A DNA stretch of 64,000 nucleotides from Eledone cirrhosa (Eukaryota). Under the pieces are notes generated by a model. It was not told where the DNA came from. It did no database searches and was given only the letters and a program-made list of their open reading frames with translations. Each line of letters starts with the position of its first letter. Positions within the stretch are counted from its first letter, which is position 1. The DNA lies in the NCBI GenBank assembly GCA_964016885.1, contig OZ024740.1, positions 238,018,001-238,082,000 on the forward strand, given 5' to 3'. A program made the position numbers and the translations under genes. Positions 44,324 through 57,900 of the stretch are shown here, piece by piece.

Positions 44324-46620
44324 AGCGAGATTACTGGGTGTGTGAATGTAACAAAACGAGACAATGTTTGTGTATATAATATTTAATTAACGGTAGATAG
44401 AATACTTGACATGTCAAAGATAGATGTCGAAATTACTGGTTGTATGAATGTAACAAAACGAGACAATGTTTGTGTATATAATATTTAATTAACGGTAGAT
44501 AGAATACTTGACATGTCAAAGATAGATGTTAGAATGAAACAAAGTTAGTAGTTACCGTTTTGATTGCCAGGCAAACGCGGCTGGCAGAGGGCGCCTGGCT
44601 AAGGCCAGGCGCCTGTTGGCCAAATTAATGGCAGAGCCAAATGAGAAGACTCTTGACCTGGTGCCGAAAAGGCAAAGAGAGAAAGGAAGCTTAAAGTTGT
44701 TAGTTTTATAGGGCTCTGACCGGAAGTTGCAGAAAGGGTTCCACTTCCCGTCTAGATCCCAATCAAAACAAGGGAGACAACCGCTACATAACCTCCCGCC
44801 AGAATTTTAGTGTATAAAAATCGAAATGAAAATATGTAGCAAGTTGGCGAGAATGTTGTAACAGGCATGAAAATTACGACCAAAGAATGTTTGGAAAAAT
44901 CAATGATAGATATCAAGGTAGCCAACCGCTCTTGGCCAGAGAACGACTGGACATCCATCTATCCATCACCCAAAGATACAATGCAAAAAAGTAAAAGTAA
45001 TAGAAGAGCTCAAAGTTCAAAATATAGTTCACAGGTGTGCAATCACATGACAGCAGGAAAGAAAGTGTGTTCCAGAGAATGAATGCAGGTGGTTTCTGTT
45101 CTGTGGTATATCGTGAAATTTCAAACCTCCGAATGGATTTTCTCACAGGAAGAGTGCTGCAAAAATAAATTCTCTGGCTTTGGTGAAGCTGTGTTGATGT
45201 ATTGCTGTTGCTGTTATATTGCTGTTGCTGCTGCTGTTGTCTCGCTGAGTGAGCGTATTCGGTGTTTAAATTCACAGTAAAAAAAATTTTTTTTAGAAAA
45301 AAATGAGTTGCGCAAAGTGCTAGAAATAGCAGCCGAAGTTGATGGTCGATGTTGAGAATGCGTTGACCTGGAAGGGTCAAGAGGCCAGCGACCAGAGAAA
45401 TAAGCATTCTTAATAAATGCGCGGTTATCAACGGTAAATTTACATTGTAAATTTATAAACCGGCAAATAGAAGAATATAGCTTAAGGCTGAAGAATCCCT
45501 GGTGATAAATGGCGTGCGGCTGTCTGTGAGTAGAGACATCTCAGTGAATCGAGAATTTATGCTGCCTACACGTGCCAATACAAGGTTGAAAAAAAAATAT
45601 TTCTAACGCGCGAGAAAATGATAGTGCAATTTTGAAAGTGACAATGATGAAAAAGAAAGGCTTCAATCAGCATAATTATAGGTGTGAACTTTGGAAAAAA
45701 ACAAAAAACTTGAACGATGAAGAAAACGAAGAACAAAAGGCAATGGTTCATCGAAAATAAATGTTCCTGTTGAAATGTTTTTTAAAGAATATCAAATTTC
45801 TTTTTTTTTGTTTGTGTTTTGAAAGAGTTCGTTGTAAGAAACGAGAAACATATATATATATCGTGAAATGTTTTTTTTTGTTTTGAAAGTGTTCGTTGTA
45901 AGAAACGAGAAACATATATATATATATTGGTGAAATGCGACAGTTAATTGATGCGTGAGAGAAAAAGTATGTCTGTGCGAATTCCACATGTGCGTGTGTG
46001 CGTGTCCTTGAGTATTTTCATAGTTTGTCGCTAAATTTGCTGTGTATTCGTAATGTTACTCACAAAACCAGACGTGCTATTTTTTCTTTTTTTGGGGGGT
46101 GACCCTTATAGCGATGAACGGCTGCGTGTTCGTATCACGTCAGGGTTACCAATATAGCGAGATTACTGGGTGTGTGAATGTAACAAAACGAGACAATGTT
46201 TGTGTATATAATATTTAATTAACGGTAGATAGAATACTTGACATGTCAAAGATAGATGTCGAAATTACTGGTTGTATGAATGTAACAAAACGAGACAATG
46301 TTTGTGTATATAATATTTAATTAACGGTAGATAGAATACTTGACATGTCAAAGATAGATGTTAGAATGAAACAAAGTTAGTAGTTACCGTTTTGATTGCC
46401 AGGCAAACGCGGCTGGCAGAGGGCGCCTGGCTAAGGCCAGGCGCCTGTTGGCCAAATTAATGGCAGAGCCAAATGAGAAGACTCTTGACCTGGTGCCGAA
46501 AAGGCAAAGAGAGAAAGGAAGCTTAAAGTTGTTAGTTTTATAGGGCTCTGACCGGAAGTTGCAGAAAGGGTTCCACTTCCCGTCTAGATCCCAATCAAAA
46601 CAAGGGAGACAACCGCTACA
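44321..46620 (-). mobile_element. Non-autonomous LTR retrotransposon (Gypsy-like), 468-bp LTRs
   Basis: LTRs 44321-44788 and 46153-46620 look identical (TGTAGCG...CGCTATA on minus); PBS TGGTAACCCTGACGTGATACGAAC; PPT-like ctggcgggaggtta; TSD TATC. Confidence 0.92.
46128..46151 (-). promoter_or_regulatory. Primer-binding site complementary to the 3' end of tRNA-Trp
   Basis: Immediately inside the 5' LTR; close match to the complement of metazoan tRNA-Trp 3' end (recalled as TGGTGACCCCGACGTGAT). Confidence 0.8.
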
Positions 46621-46629
46621 TATCTATCT

Positions 46630-49600
46630 GGGGTCACCTGAGGGCTTCCTGTCCTAAACTAATGAACCAAAAAAAGGCTCTTCTGCCGACACCCATCAAA
46701 ACAACACAACCACCAACACCACCACAACAACAACACCAACACACAAAAATAACCACAACAAACACAGTCCCACCCAACCCCACTCCACCTAAAACCACTG
46801 CAAAATCACATACAGACACAACAGCTCCCCAAGACATACCCCTCCCCAATCACACAGACGATACAACAGATGAGGCTATCTCGCCATCACCCAGTGAAGA
46901 CGAGGGAGAACCCCATCGCTCGAAAAGAAAGAAAAGACATCACAAAAGCAAAAAACCAGCAAACACTACCACAAACATACAACCACCAACGCAAACAACA
47001 AAAATATCACAAACAAAACCCCCACCTCCTGAAAACAAAATACCTACAACAAAACGAAAGCACACACAAGAACTACAGACAAAAACAAACACAACACAAG
47101 AAAATTACACTTACACTTACATAAACACTGAAAACAAAACACTAATGGAGACCATCACGAACGACCCTTCGGTTTTCACCGAAGGGAAAACTTTCGCCCA
47201 CTCTATAAAAAATAGCAAAAAACTGAACCTAAAACTGATTAGGGTCCCTATACAAACTTATAGGTCCCTAAAAGAAACATTTGAGAAGGATGTGGGGAAT
47301 TCCTGCGTGAAACCACTCAACCGCGTCCTTCTCAAATGCCTCCCCACCCCAGACACCCCCATTCCACCAGACCCCACCCCACCAAACATCTGCGTCCCCA
47401 CCCCGCCGGAAACCACCACCCATCCAGACAACCCCTCCAACACCCCCATGGAAATCGTGCGGCCTGGTCCCCAGGAGGCGAAGGGTGAGTGATCTCTTTT
47501 CCTCTTTTAACTTTTCAGCACCAACATGGCCAATATAAGAGTTGGATGTGTGAACGTACGCGGCCTGGGGATGCCCTGGAAACAGGGCAAACTCTTAAAC
47601 GACCTCAGGTCACACAGTTTGGATGTGGTAGCCATTTGCGAGTCCAGGATCCACGGCGAGCGACAGCTGGCCCCCATCTTCGATGACTTTGAGATCTACG
47701 CATCTCTCTGTCAACCGGGGGGTGGGGGCGGAGTTGCCGTTTTGCTGCGGAAACACCTGGGCCTCGTAACACAGACGGTACATCTGGACCCGGAGGGTCG
47801 ACTGGTGGTCCTAGACGTTGACGGTAGTGAAGGTGGAGCCTTCAGGCTGGTGGCCGCATATGCCCCATCCGGGACACCGCGGCCAGACTTCTTCAAACGT
47901 CTAGAGACTTTTCTGGGAACGTCCCGCTCCTTGCTTTTAGTGGGGGACTGGAATGGAATCCTAGATGCACGTTGGGACTATGTGGGAGCATGTCCCGACA
48001 AAGGGGGGTGTAACAGCCTCAAACAGTTAATCGACCGATTTGACCTGGCCGATAGATATCGACTAGATTTTCCGACTGCGCCAATGTGGACGTGGAGTAA
48101 TCGTAGCGGAACATCTAGATCGTACCTAGATAGGGTTCTAGTTAGAAATAAGGATAGGGACATGTTAAGCTGTCCACAAATGTTCATGGTTGCCTATTCA
48201 GATCACAAACTAGTGACCTGCATGGCCAACCTTGATAGAACCCATAGACAAGGACCCGGCTACTGGAAGCTGAACTTGTCGTTACCGACAAGCAAAGCCT
48301 ACAGTAGACGGATTAGCACTTTAGTTAAACAGCACTTGACAGGGGCCATTGTCAACAACAGATGGTGGTACTCTCTCAAGAGGGCAGTTAGATTAGACTC
48401 GATAGTTTTTAGTAAAGAATTAGCGTTAGATAGAAATAGAACCGAGAAGGAACTGGTAGATAAAGTAGAAGAGGCAATTAGAAGTGGCAACGTAGCCAGC
48501 GTGCTAGCAACGAGAACGGCCTTGGACCAGTTCTTCGACGCAAAGCACGAGGGCTGCGTTGTCAGAAACAAAATACGTGCTCTGGGAAACGAGGGAGCCA
48601 AAGCTGTTAGCTGGGCCCGGGTGACGGAGGCAAAAAGTGGCAACAAGTCCACGATTCGGTCTTTGAAGGACCAAAACGGACGCGTGATACGTGAGCCGAA
48701 GCAGATGTGTGCGGCTTTTCAGCGGCACTTTGCTCAGCTGTTCGGGGGGAGCGGCACGCCGGGAGAGGCTATGGATTTCGGTCCATACCTCGACGGCCTA
48801 CCGCGACTCTCGGACAGTGAGGCGAAGTTCTGCGAAAAGCCGATTTCAGCCACTGAGATAGGGGACGCGCTGAGCCAATGCGGCAAACGCAAATCTCCAG
48901 GTCTCGACGGTCTACCCTACGAATTTTACGTAGCAATGCCGGACTTATTCTCCGGTCTCCTGGAAGCGGTCTACTGCAACTGGCAACAGAACAGGAGAAT
49001 TCCCAGTTCTGTAACCGGGGGCGTGGTCACACTAATCAGGAAGGACGAGAATAAGGGGGATGACATAGGCAACTTCCGGCCCATAACTCTGCTAAACACA
49101 GAGTTACAGATTTTGGCCAAGGTGTTGGCAAAGAGGCTGGCGCTTGTCGTCGAGAACCTGGTGGGAGAAACGCAGACATGCGCGATCCCGACCAGGTCCA
49201 TACACGACAACCTCCACCTCATGCGATACATCATAGAGAGGGTAGGGTGTTAACCCGGCTTCGGTGGGGCCCTGATCAACTTGGATCAGTCTAAGGCTTT
49301 CGATAGGGTTGACCATCGTTACCTGGATGCGGTGCTCGAGGCGGCAGGCTTCGGACCCGTGTTCAGGGGCTGGATTGCTGCAATGCACAACAGCAACATC
49401 TGCTCAAGGGTCAAGGTGAACGGTTACCTCTCGGAGCCGTTCCATATTACGCGATCCATTCGACAGGGATGCCCTCTCTCCTCCCTTCTGTACGTACTGA
49501 CTCTCGAGCCACTACTGCGGAAGCTGGAGCTATTGCAGGGCATCCCTCTGGAACCGGGACTGCGGAAAGCGGCGTCGGTCTACGCCGACGACGTGACAGT

Positions 49601-51199
49601 AATGGTGTCGAGCGCCTCGCAAATCGAGGAAGTCGGCACCTTACTAAAGGAATACGAAAGTCTCACAGGAGCGAAGCTGAACCGGGACAAGTCCATCGGT
49701 TTGCAACTCGGATCGTGGAGAGGCAGACCGATGCCTTCCGATGGCGTCGTCGGACGCTGGACGGAAGGACCGGTAAAGCTGCTCGGGGTCTGGTTTGGTC
49801 CGGACCTCCAGGTGGAGAAGAACTGGAACGAAGTGACGGCCAAGGTGTTTGCACTCACCCAGAAGTGGGCCGAGTGCAAACTATCCTTGAAAGGTCGAGC
49901 GGAGGTGGCGAACACTTTTATAGCGTCCGCCATCTACTACCGCTTGACCGTCGTGCCTTGTCCAGCCAAAACGCTCGCCAAAATGGAGCGCGCCCTCTTC
50001 CGATTCCTTTGGAAGAGGCGGGCTCCTTTGGTAAGAAGATCCATCTGCTGCCAACACCCTTCTAACGGAGGGCTGGGGATGCCGTGGTTGACGATGCGCA
50101 AACACGCGCTCAGGCTGCGGCATCTCTACGTATTCCTCACCGGACAACCGGTGTGGGCCCCGTTCGTGAGGCGAGCCTTCCCACGACTCGTCTCGCTGAC
50201 CGAGCTGCAGTCCTGGGTCAAGCAGAGACCGAGGAAAATGGGCGACTGGCACATCGAATGTGCTCAGGCGCTCACAGCCCTCTGGCAGGCGGACCCAGCG
50301 ATCAGTGGAGACTCCACTTCGTCATTCTATAGAGGGTTGGTCCGCAGCAAGTGCGACGACGCGCTCGGTGAAACTCTAGGCATGGAGGAAGATGAACTGG
50401 CCAGTCTGTTCGGTAGGACCTTCCGCCCGGGACCGATGGACAACTTCCAAAAGTCCCTGGCCTGGCAGTGCTACCGAGGAGCTCTACCAGTTCGAGACAA
50501 GCTCTACAGACATGGGCGCCCGGGCAGGGACCCTGCAAAAAAGATCTGTCCGAGGTGCGTGCGAGACGAAGAAACCGTCGCGCACGCATTCATACACTGC
50601 CCGGGCGTCAATGACCTGTGGGGCTATGTAGAACGACTATTGTCGCGGGTGGGACCAATCCAGTTGACCACCGAGTCCATTGTCATGATCAAACCGCCAC
50701 CCTCCTTCAAAAACGAAGGAGAGGCGGTTTTCCTTTGTGTGATAGCTATGGCGAAAGAGGTTGTATGGTGGACAAGGTTGAAAGGGCTGAGGTCAGACAC
50801 CTTTCTCTCCGGCCAACAACTGATTCTTTTTTTCAAATACCACTTTGGAAGAAGAATCAGGATGGAGAGAGAGGTGCTGTACCCCAGCAAGTTTTATGAA
50901 AGGTGGGTGAAAGTGGCGAGAATGGCCCGAGTGAATGGGCCTTCTCTCTATATCAGCCTGTAGGTTGAGGAAAAGGAGGAGGAGGGGAAAGGAGTACAAG
51001 CTCTTCGTACTCCTGGAGATGAGGGTTGCACATTTTTTTCGGGGGTCTGTGTTACCCATATAAACTGTCTCCCTCTATTGGGGAAAATCGACTAACTTTT
51101 AAATTCCATCTGTGATAACATTTTACACGTTTTTATTGTATGTAAACTTCCCCCTTTGTATTTGTCCCCTTCTTTTGTGCCCCTGTGGCTAATAAAGAA

Positions 51200-51200
<1 letters not shown>
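46630..51200 (+). mobile_element. Tx1/L1-clade LINE copy 1 (5'-truncated in ORF1)
   Basis: ORF1 tail to 47492; ORF2 47526-50963; AATAAA at 51191; bounded by (TATC)n. Confidence 0.93.
47526..50963 (+). pseudogene. ORF2: AP endonuclease + RT + CCHC finger with a single in-frame TAA (49251-49253)
   Basis: NVRGL, GDWN, YLDR, SDH, YWKLN, SPGLDG, FRPITLLN, DQSKAFDRV, QGCPLS, YADD, CPRC...HAFIHC; both ORF halves are in the same frame. Confidence 0.93.
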
Positions 51201-51247
<47 letters not shown>

Positions 51248-52546
51248 CGGAGAAGATAGACGTGTTTTTGTTTCGCTCCTGCATTTTCTCGGAATTTATT
51301 ACGGGAAGCGGTAGGTTTGTTTAAGTAACTTGTTATATGTTGTGTTTAACCCCTCGCCTGAGTCTGCAGACGTTGGGTAAAATAAATTTCGCCCCTTTTG
51401 GGGGCGAAATTTAATAGTTATAAGTTGTCGATGAAAAGTCGTCTAGTGACAATGGACGCCATTAATACGACACATGGCACGCCCCCCAAGGAAAGTGATA
51501 GAGAGAAGGTAGCAGCACAACGCTGTAAGCCTTCCCTCCTCATTCTCGCAAAAGACACCACGGAATCAAAAAAAAAAATTGTGAAAATGGGTGAAAACCC
51601 CAAAAGTAACAATTACACAAACAAGAATGACAATAACAACACAACCAACAACAGCAACAATGACAATAACAACACAACCAACAACAGCAAAAATGACAAC
51701 ACCAACAAAGGAAAAAAGCAAGCCAACACGAATAACAACAACAATGATAACAACGCGAAAGAAAACGGACCCACAGTTGCAATCTCCTTCGCACAAGCGG
51801 TCCGAGAAACGCAGACATACAAGGCACTGGACATCTCGAATGCCAAGAAATTGCTGAAAGAAGCAAGGAATTGTGTAACTTTCGTGGAAGGAGGGGAATT
51901 CACAATTACCTCCCCCGAAGAAATTAGAAGGGACATAGTGCTGAGGACTGTAATCTTTAGGACAGTTTCCAACACGACTAGGAAACCGGCTCAATTGTCC
52001 CAAAGCGAAATTGGCTGGTCCTAAGTAGTGCCTGGAAGGATATCGCTTTCATACAGAAAGGGAAACTGTATGGAAGCATATCTGTTTTAATGCAAGATGA
52101 ATTGGCGCCACGGAAATATTCTGTGTCGCCAATTGTATCCAAAACATACACCTTTTTCCCCACATATTTGGGAAAAAGAACTCAAAAGAAAAGAATCTCA
52201 GGCATCAGGCCAAATGCGAGCATTTGGTGGGTGCTAACGGGATTCTTAGAAGATGAGGACACAATCATTTCGATAGGCGAATCCACCGGGGGCGTATTCG
52301 GCGGCAATAGCCTTGAAGTTCTGGTACAAATGAGACCAGAACGGATAGCAAGAATACCGCAGTGTGTCCCTGGATGGAGTCGCCTTCATAAACATTTCTG
52401 TTGAGGGCAGGCGGGCTTCATGCTACCACTGTTCAAGAAGTGGTCACCTGAGGGCTTCCTGTCCCCTTTTAAATGCCCCCCCCCCCAAAAAAAAGACGCT
52501 TCTGCCCAGCCCACACACAACAACAACAACAACAACGACGACGACG

Positions 52547-52580
<34 letters not shown>

Positions 52581-52591
52581 CGACGACGACG

Positions 52592-52630
<39 letters not shown>

Positions 52631-54900
52631 CGAAAAAATAACAACACAAGATACTGTCCCACCCAACCCCTCCCTCGCGAAAACATAACACATACTACAA
52701 AACGCAAACATACACAAGAACAACAAATAAAAACAAACACAACACAACAAAAACAGTATACATACATCAACACAAACAACAAAACACTTGTGCAAACAAT
52801 AGACAAAGACCCTTCGGTGGAAACCGAAGGGAAAATGTTCACCAACGCGGCGACTAAACCGCATTTAAAAATGATTAGTGTCCCAAGGGACACCTACGCA
52901 ATGCTCAAACAGAACTTTCCCGAGGACGTAGGGAACCCCTGTACTAGACCTATCAACCGCGTCCTCTTGAAATGTTTCCCCACCACCACCCCAGACACCC
53001 CTCCCCCCACCAAACACCCCCACCCCACCACACACTGATTTCCCCCACCACATCCCAAACCACCACCCCACCAAACAACCCCGCCGACACCCCCGTGGAA
53101 ATTGTGAAGCCAGGTCCCCAGGAGAAGGACAGGTAGGTGTCTTTTCCTTTTTCTCCACTCTAAACTCTTCACCACCAATATGGCTGTTATAAGAGTTGGA
53201 TGTTTAAATGTGCGCGGCCTGGGGATGTCCTGGAAGCAGGGCAAACTCTTAAATGACCTCAGGTCGCACAGAATGGATGTGATAGCTATTTGCGAGTCCA
53301 GGATCAGCAGCGAGCACCAACTGGCCCCCATCTTCGACGACTTTGTGGTCTATGCATCTCTCTGTCAGCCAGGCGGTGGGGGCGGAGTGGTTGTTCTGCT
53401 GCGAAACACCTGGGCCTCGCAACACGGAAGGTACACCTGGACCCGGAGGGTCGACTGGTGGTTCTAGACGTCGGCAGTAGTTAAGGTGGACCCGTCAGGC
53501 TGGTGGCAGCGTATGCCCCAACTGGGACACCGCGACAAGACTTTTTCCAACGTCTAGAGACTTTTCTGGGAACGTCTCGCTCCTTGCTTTTAGTGGGGGA
53601 CTGGAACGGTATCCTGGATGCACGTTGGGACTATGTAGGGGAATGTCCCGATAGAGGGGGGTGTAACAGCCTCAAACGGTTAATCGGCCGATTTGATCTG
53701 GAGATAGATATCGACTAGATTTTCCGACTGTGCCACTGTGGACGTGGACTAATCGCAGCGGAACATCTAGGTCGTACCTAGATAGGTTCCTAGTTAGAAA
53801 TAAGGATAGGGACATATTAAGCTGTCCACGAATGTTCATGGTTGACTATTCGGATCACAAGTTGGTGACCTGAGTGGTCAACCTTGATAGAACCCATAGA
53901 CAAGGACCCGGTTACTGGAAGCTAAACTTGTCCTTGCCGACAAACAAAGCTTACAGTAAGCGGATTAGCACTCTAGTTAAGCAGCGGTTGACGGGGGAAA
54001 TTGTCAACAGCAGGTGGTGGGGATCTCTCAAGAGAGAAATTAGAATAGAATCGATAGGTTTTAATCAGGAATTAGCATCAGATAGGAATAGAACTGAAAG
54101 GGAACTGATAGATAGAGTAGAAGAGGCGATTAGGAGTGGCAACATGACCGGCGTGCTGGCGTCAAAAACGGCCCTAGACCAGTACTTTGACGCGAAGCAC
54201 GAGGGCTGCGTTATCAGGAGTAAAATACGTGCTCTGGGTAACGAGGGAGCCAAAGCTGTTAGCTGGGACCGAGTGACAGAGGCAAAAAGTGGAAACAAGT
54301 CCACGATTCGGTCTTTGAAGGACCAGGATGGCCGCGTGATCCTTGAACCAGAGCGGATGTGCGCGGCCTTTCAACGGCGCTTTGCACGACTGTTAGGGAG
54401 GGGCGGCGGGCCGGGTAGGGCCATGGATTTCGGTCCATGCCTCGACGGTCTGCCGCGGCTCTCGGACGGGGAGGCGAAGTCCTGCGAAAGGCCGATTTCA
54501 GCCGCTGAAATAGGGGAAGCGCTGAGCCAATACGGTAAACGCAAATCTCCCGGTCTCGATGGTCAACCATACGAACTTTATGTAGCGATGCCGGACTTGT
54601 TCTCCGATGTGAATGGCCCGAGTGAATGGGCCTTCTCTCTATATCAGCCTGTAGGTGAGAGAGGAGAAGAAGGAGGAGAGGAAGGGAGCACCCGCTCTTT
54701 GTGCTCCTGAGGAGGAGGGTTGCTCATTTTGTTCGAGGGTGTGTGCGACCCACGTCAACGGCCCCTCCCTATTGAGGACTTCGATTGTTGAATTTGATTT
54801 GTTATATGTTTTTACATGTCTCCTTTGAAATGTATGTAAACCCCCCCCCCCCTTGTATTTGTCCCAATCTTTGATGCCCTGGTGGCAAATAATAGAAAGT
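51248..54900 (+). mobile_element. Tx1/L1-clade LINE copy 2 (5' end retained, large ORF2 deletion)
   Basis: Broken ORF1 with CYHCSRSGHLRASC knuckle; ORF2 from 53180 jumps at ~54607 to the last codons; (TATC)n on both sides. Confidence 0.9.
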
Positions 54901-54927
54901 TATCTATCTATCTATATCTATCTATCT

Positions 54928-57900
54928 GCCTGACGCGTGGAACATCGCTAGTAAGCTTTTTTGTAAATTTCTATACAAAAAACTGGACTAATTGTTTGAA
55001 AAAACATATCATTTTGTAGATTAACCCCCAAGCTGAATTGTCAACTGGGTGGTAATCCCAATGTTCGCCCCTAAAGGGGCGAAAATTTTATTTAAAAATT
55101 GTTTTAAAAAATCAAATTTTGCCGACTATAAAAAATGAGTGACTCGGAAAGAACGCCGAAGAATGTTAACAGAGAGAAGAGAGGTAGAAAGGCAGATATT
55201 AACGTTATATCTGCTTCTGCCACTATGGACGTCGTCATGGATACGACTGTCAACAAAGAAAAAAATATATTGCCACTTGAACATTTTAAAATTTCTACCG
55301 TCGAAGCGGAGAAAAATAACACACAACATACACAGAAAAACACAGAAAACACAGAAATTAAACCTATTCATATACATACATATGGAAAAGCCAACAACAA
55401 CAACTCCATGGATACATCTATAGATAAAGTTTCACCTCGTCAAGAAATTGCGATTTCTAACACCGAGGCTGACAACAACAACAACAACAACAACAACAAC
55501 ACAAAAAAAATGTCTTTCGCTGAAACAGTGAATAAGAAACAAGATTTTATAAATCTTGACATCTCTAATGCAAGGGATATGCTCCAGCAAGGGAGAAAAT
55601 TTGTAACTTTCGAAGATAAGGGTGGGTTTAGAATCAACTCACCCCTCGAAATAAAAGAAGAGCCAGTTCGAAGGACTGTGACCTTCAGGACTGTCTCAAA
55701 CACAACGAGAAAGCCAGTATTTGTGAGTCAAGGAGACATAGAAGCCACCTTGAAGGAAACTCTAGAAAATATTGACTTTCTTCAACGAGGAAGACAGTAC
55801 GGAAGTATTTCCGTACTGTTTAAAAGCGAGGCACTCGCCCAAAAACGTTCTGTGACACCAATGGTGTCAAAAGCATTCACCTTTTTCCCTACGAACATGG
55901 GAAAAAGGACACAAAAAATAAAAATAAAAAATATACCACCAAACATTAACATCTGGTGGATCTTGGCTGGCTTCGTGGAGCCAGAAACTGATGCTATTCT
56001 TTCGATACGGAAGTCTATTAGACAAAGGTGGGCGGGTACTGATTTGGAGATTCTGATGCAGATGAGGCCGGAGAGAATCTCCAAAATACCCGAAAAAGTC
56101 GTCATCGACGACAACAACAAAATAAACATTTCGGTGGAGTGGCGTAAACCTCATTGCTTTCGCTGTGGTAGCACAGCACACCTAAAGGCCTCCTGTCCTT
56201 CACAAATACACCACAACAACATCATTAAAAAAACACTATTACCAACACCAACACCAAAACAACCACCACCACAAGTACAACAACAGACGAAACGAGCAAA
56301 CACACCAAAACAAACAGACACTCAACCAACAACAGAAAAAACACAGACAACATCTCTGACGAACACAACCACACCCCATCCCACTCCATCAAACATTACC
56401 ACAAACGCACACACCGAAACACCATCACCACACAACATTCCCCTACCCCACACTCCTGACGATGATCATTCATCGACGGATGAGGCTGCTTCTCCTTCTT
56501 TAAGTGAAGAAGAAGAATCTCAAATCGAAAAAACAAAAAAGAGACATCGCAAAACCCCCAAAACTCCAATCACCAGCATCAACACACAACCACAGACACA
56601 AACAACAACACAAACAACACCACAACCAAACCTCCCCTACCAACAAAACAAACACCAACACCACCCAAACACAAAAAGAAAACTCACAGACGAACAACAA
56701 CAAACTAAAACAACACAACCAAAACAAAAACAACAATATAAATACATCAACACTAACAATAAAAATTTAATAGAGATCATCTCCCAGGACCCCAAAGTCG
56801 AAACTGAAGGGAAAACATTTGTAAAGTCTGACACTGCACCAAACATCAAACTAATAAGGGTTCCGGTAGAAACTTACCAAAATCTAACGAACTAATTTCC
56901 ACACGACGTTGGCAACCCATGCCAAAAACCAAGAAACCGTGTCATGTTGAAATGTTTCCCCACCCCACTCAACACCTCCACAAAATGAAATGGAGATCGG
57001 AAAACCCGATCTCCAGGAAACGGAAAGGTAAGTGCATCCATTCGTCCTTGTTTTGTCAACTCTTCTACACCAACATGGCTGATTTACGAGTTAGAAGTGT
57101 GAATGTGCGTGGCCTAGGGATGCCCTGGAAACAGGGCAAACTCTTAAACGACCTTAGGTCACACGATATAGATGTGATAGCCATCACCGAGTCCAGGATC
57201 CACAACAGACAGCAGCTGACCCCATCTTCGACGACTTTGAGATCTACGCATCTCTCTGTCAGCCAGGAGGTGGAGGGGGAGTAACTGTCATGTTTCGGAA
57301 AAACCTGGACATCGAAATACAGCAAGTACACTTGGACCCGGAGGGTAGACTGGTAGTTCTAGACGTGAACAGTGTTGGAGGTGGAGCCTTCAGACTGGTG
57401 GCTGTTTAATCCCCGACCGGGCAATCGCAATCATGGCCAGACTTCTTTAAGCGTCTAGAGTCTTTTCTGGGAACGTCTCGCTCCTTACTTTTAATGGGGG
57501 ACTGGAATGGTATCCTAGATGCACGATGGAACTATGTGGGGGCATGTCCCAGTAGAGGAGGGTGCAACAGCCTCAAAACTTTAATCGGCCAATTCCAACT
57601 GGCCGATAGGTATCGACTGGATTTCCCGACTACACCACAGTGGACGTGGGCAAACCGCAGCGGGACATCTAGATCGTATTTAGATAGGTTCTTCATTAGA
57701 GAAAGAGACAAGGAGATGTTAAGCTGTCCACGAATGCACATGGTTGCCTATTCAGATCACAAATTAGTCGTCTGCATAGTCAACCGTGACAGAACACATA
57801 GACAGGGACCCGGATACTGGAAGCTGAATGTGTCGTTGCCGGCACGTAAAGCTTACAGTGAACGGATAAGTAGACTAGTCAAGCAACAGTTAACGGGAGC

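Noticed and set aside
47485-47518. 34-nt intron joining ORF1 to ORF2 in LINE copy 1
   Set aside because: Very short, and the AG acceptor is absent in copies 2 and 3.
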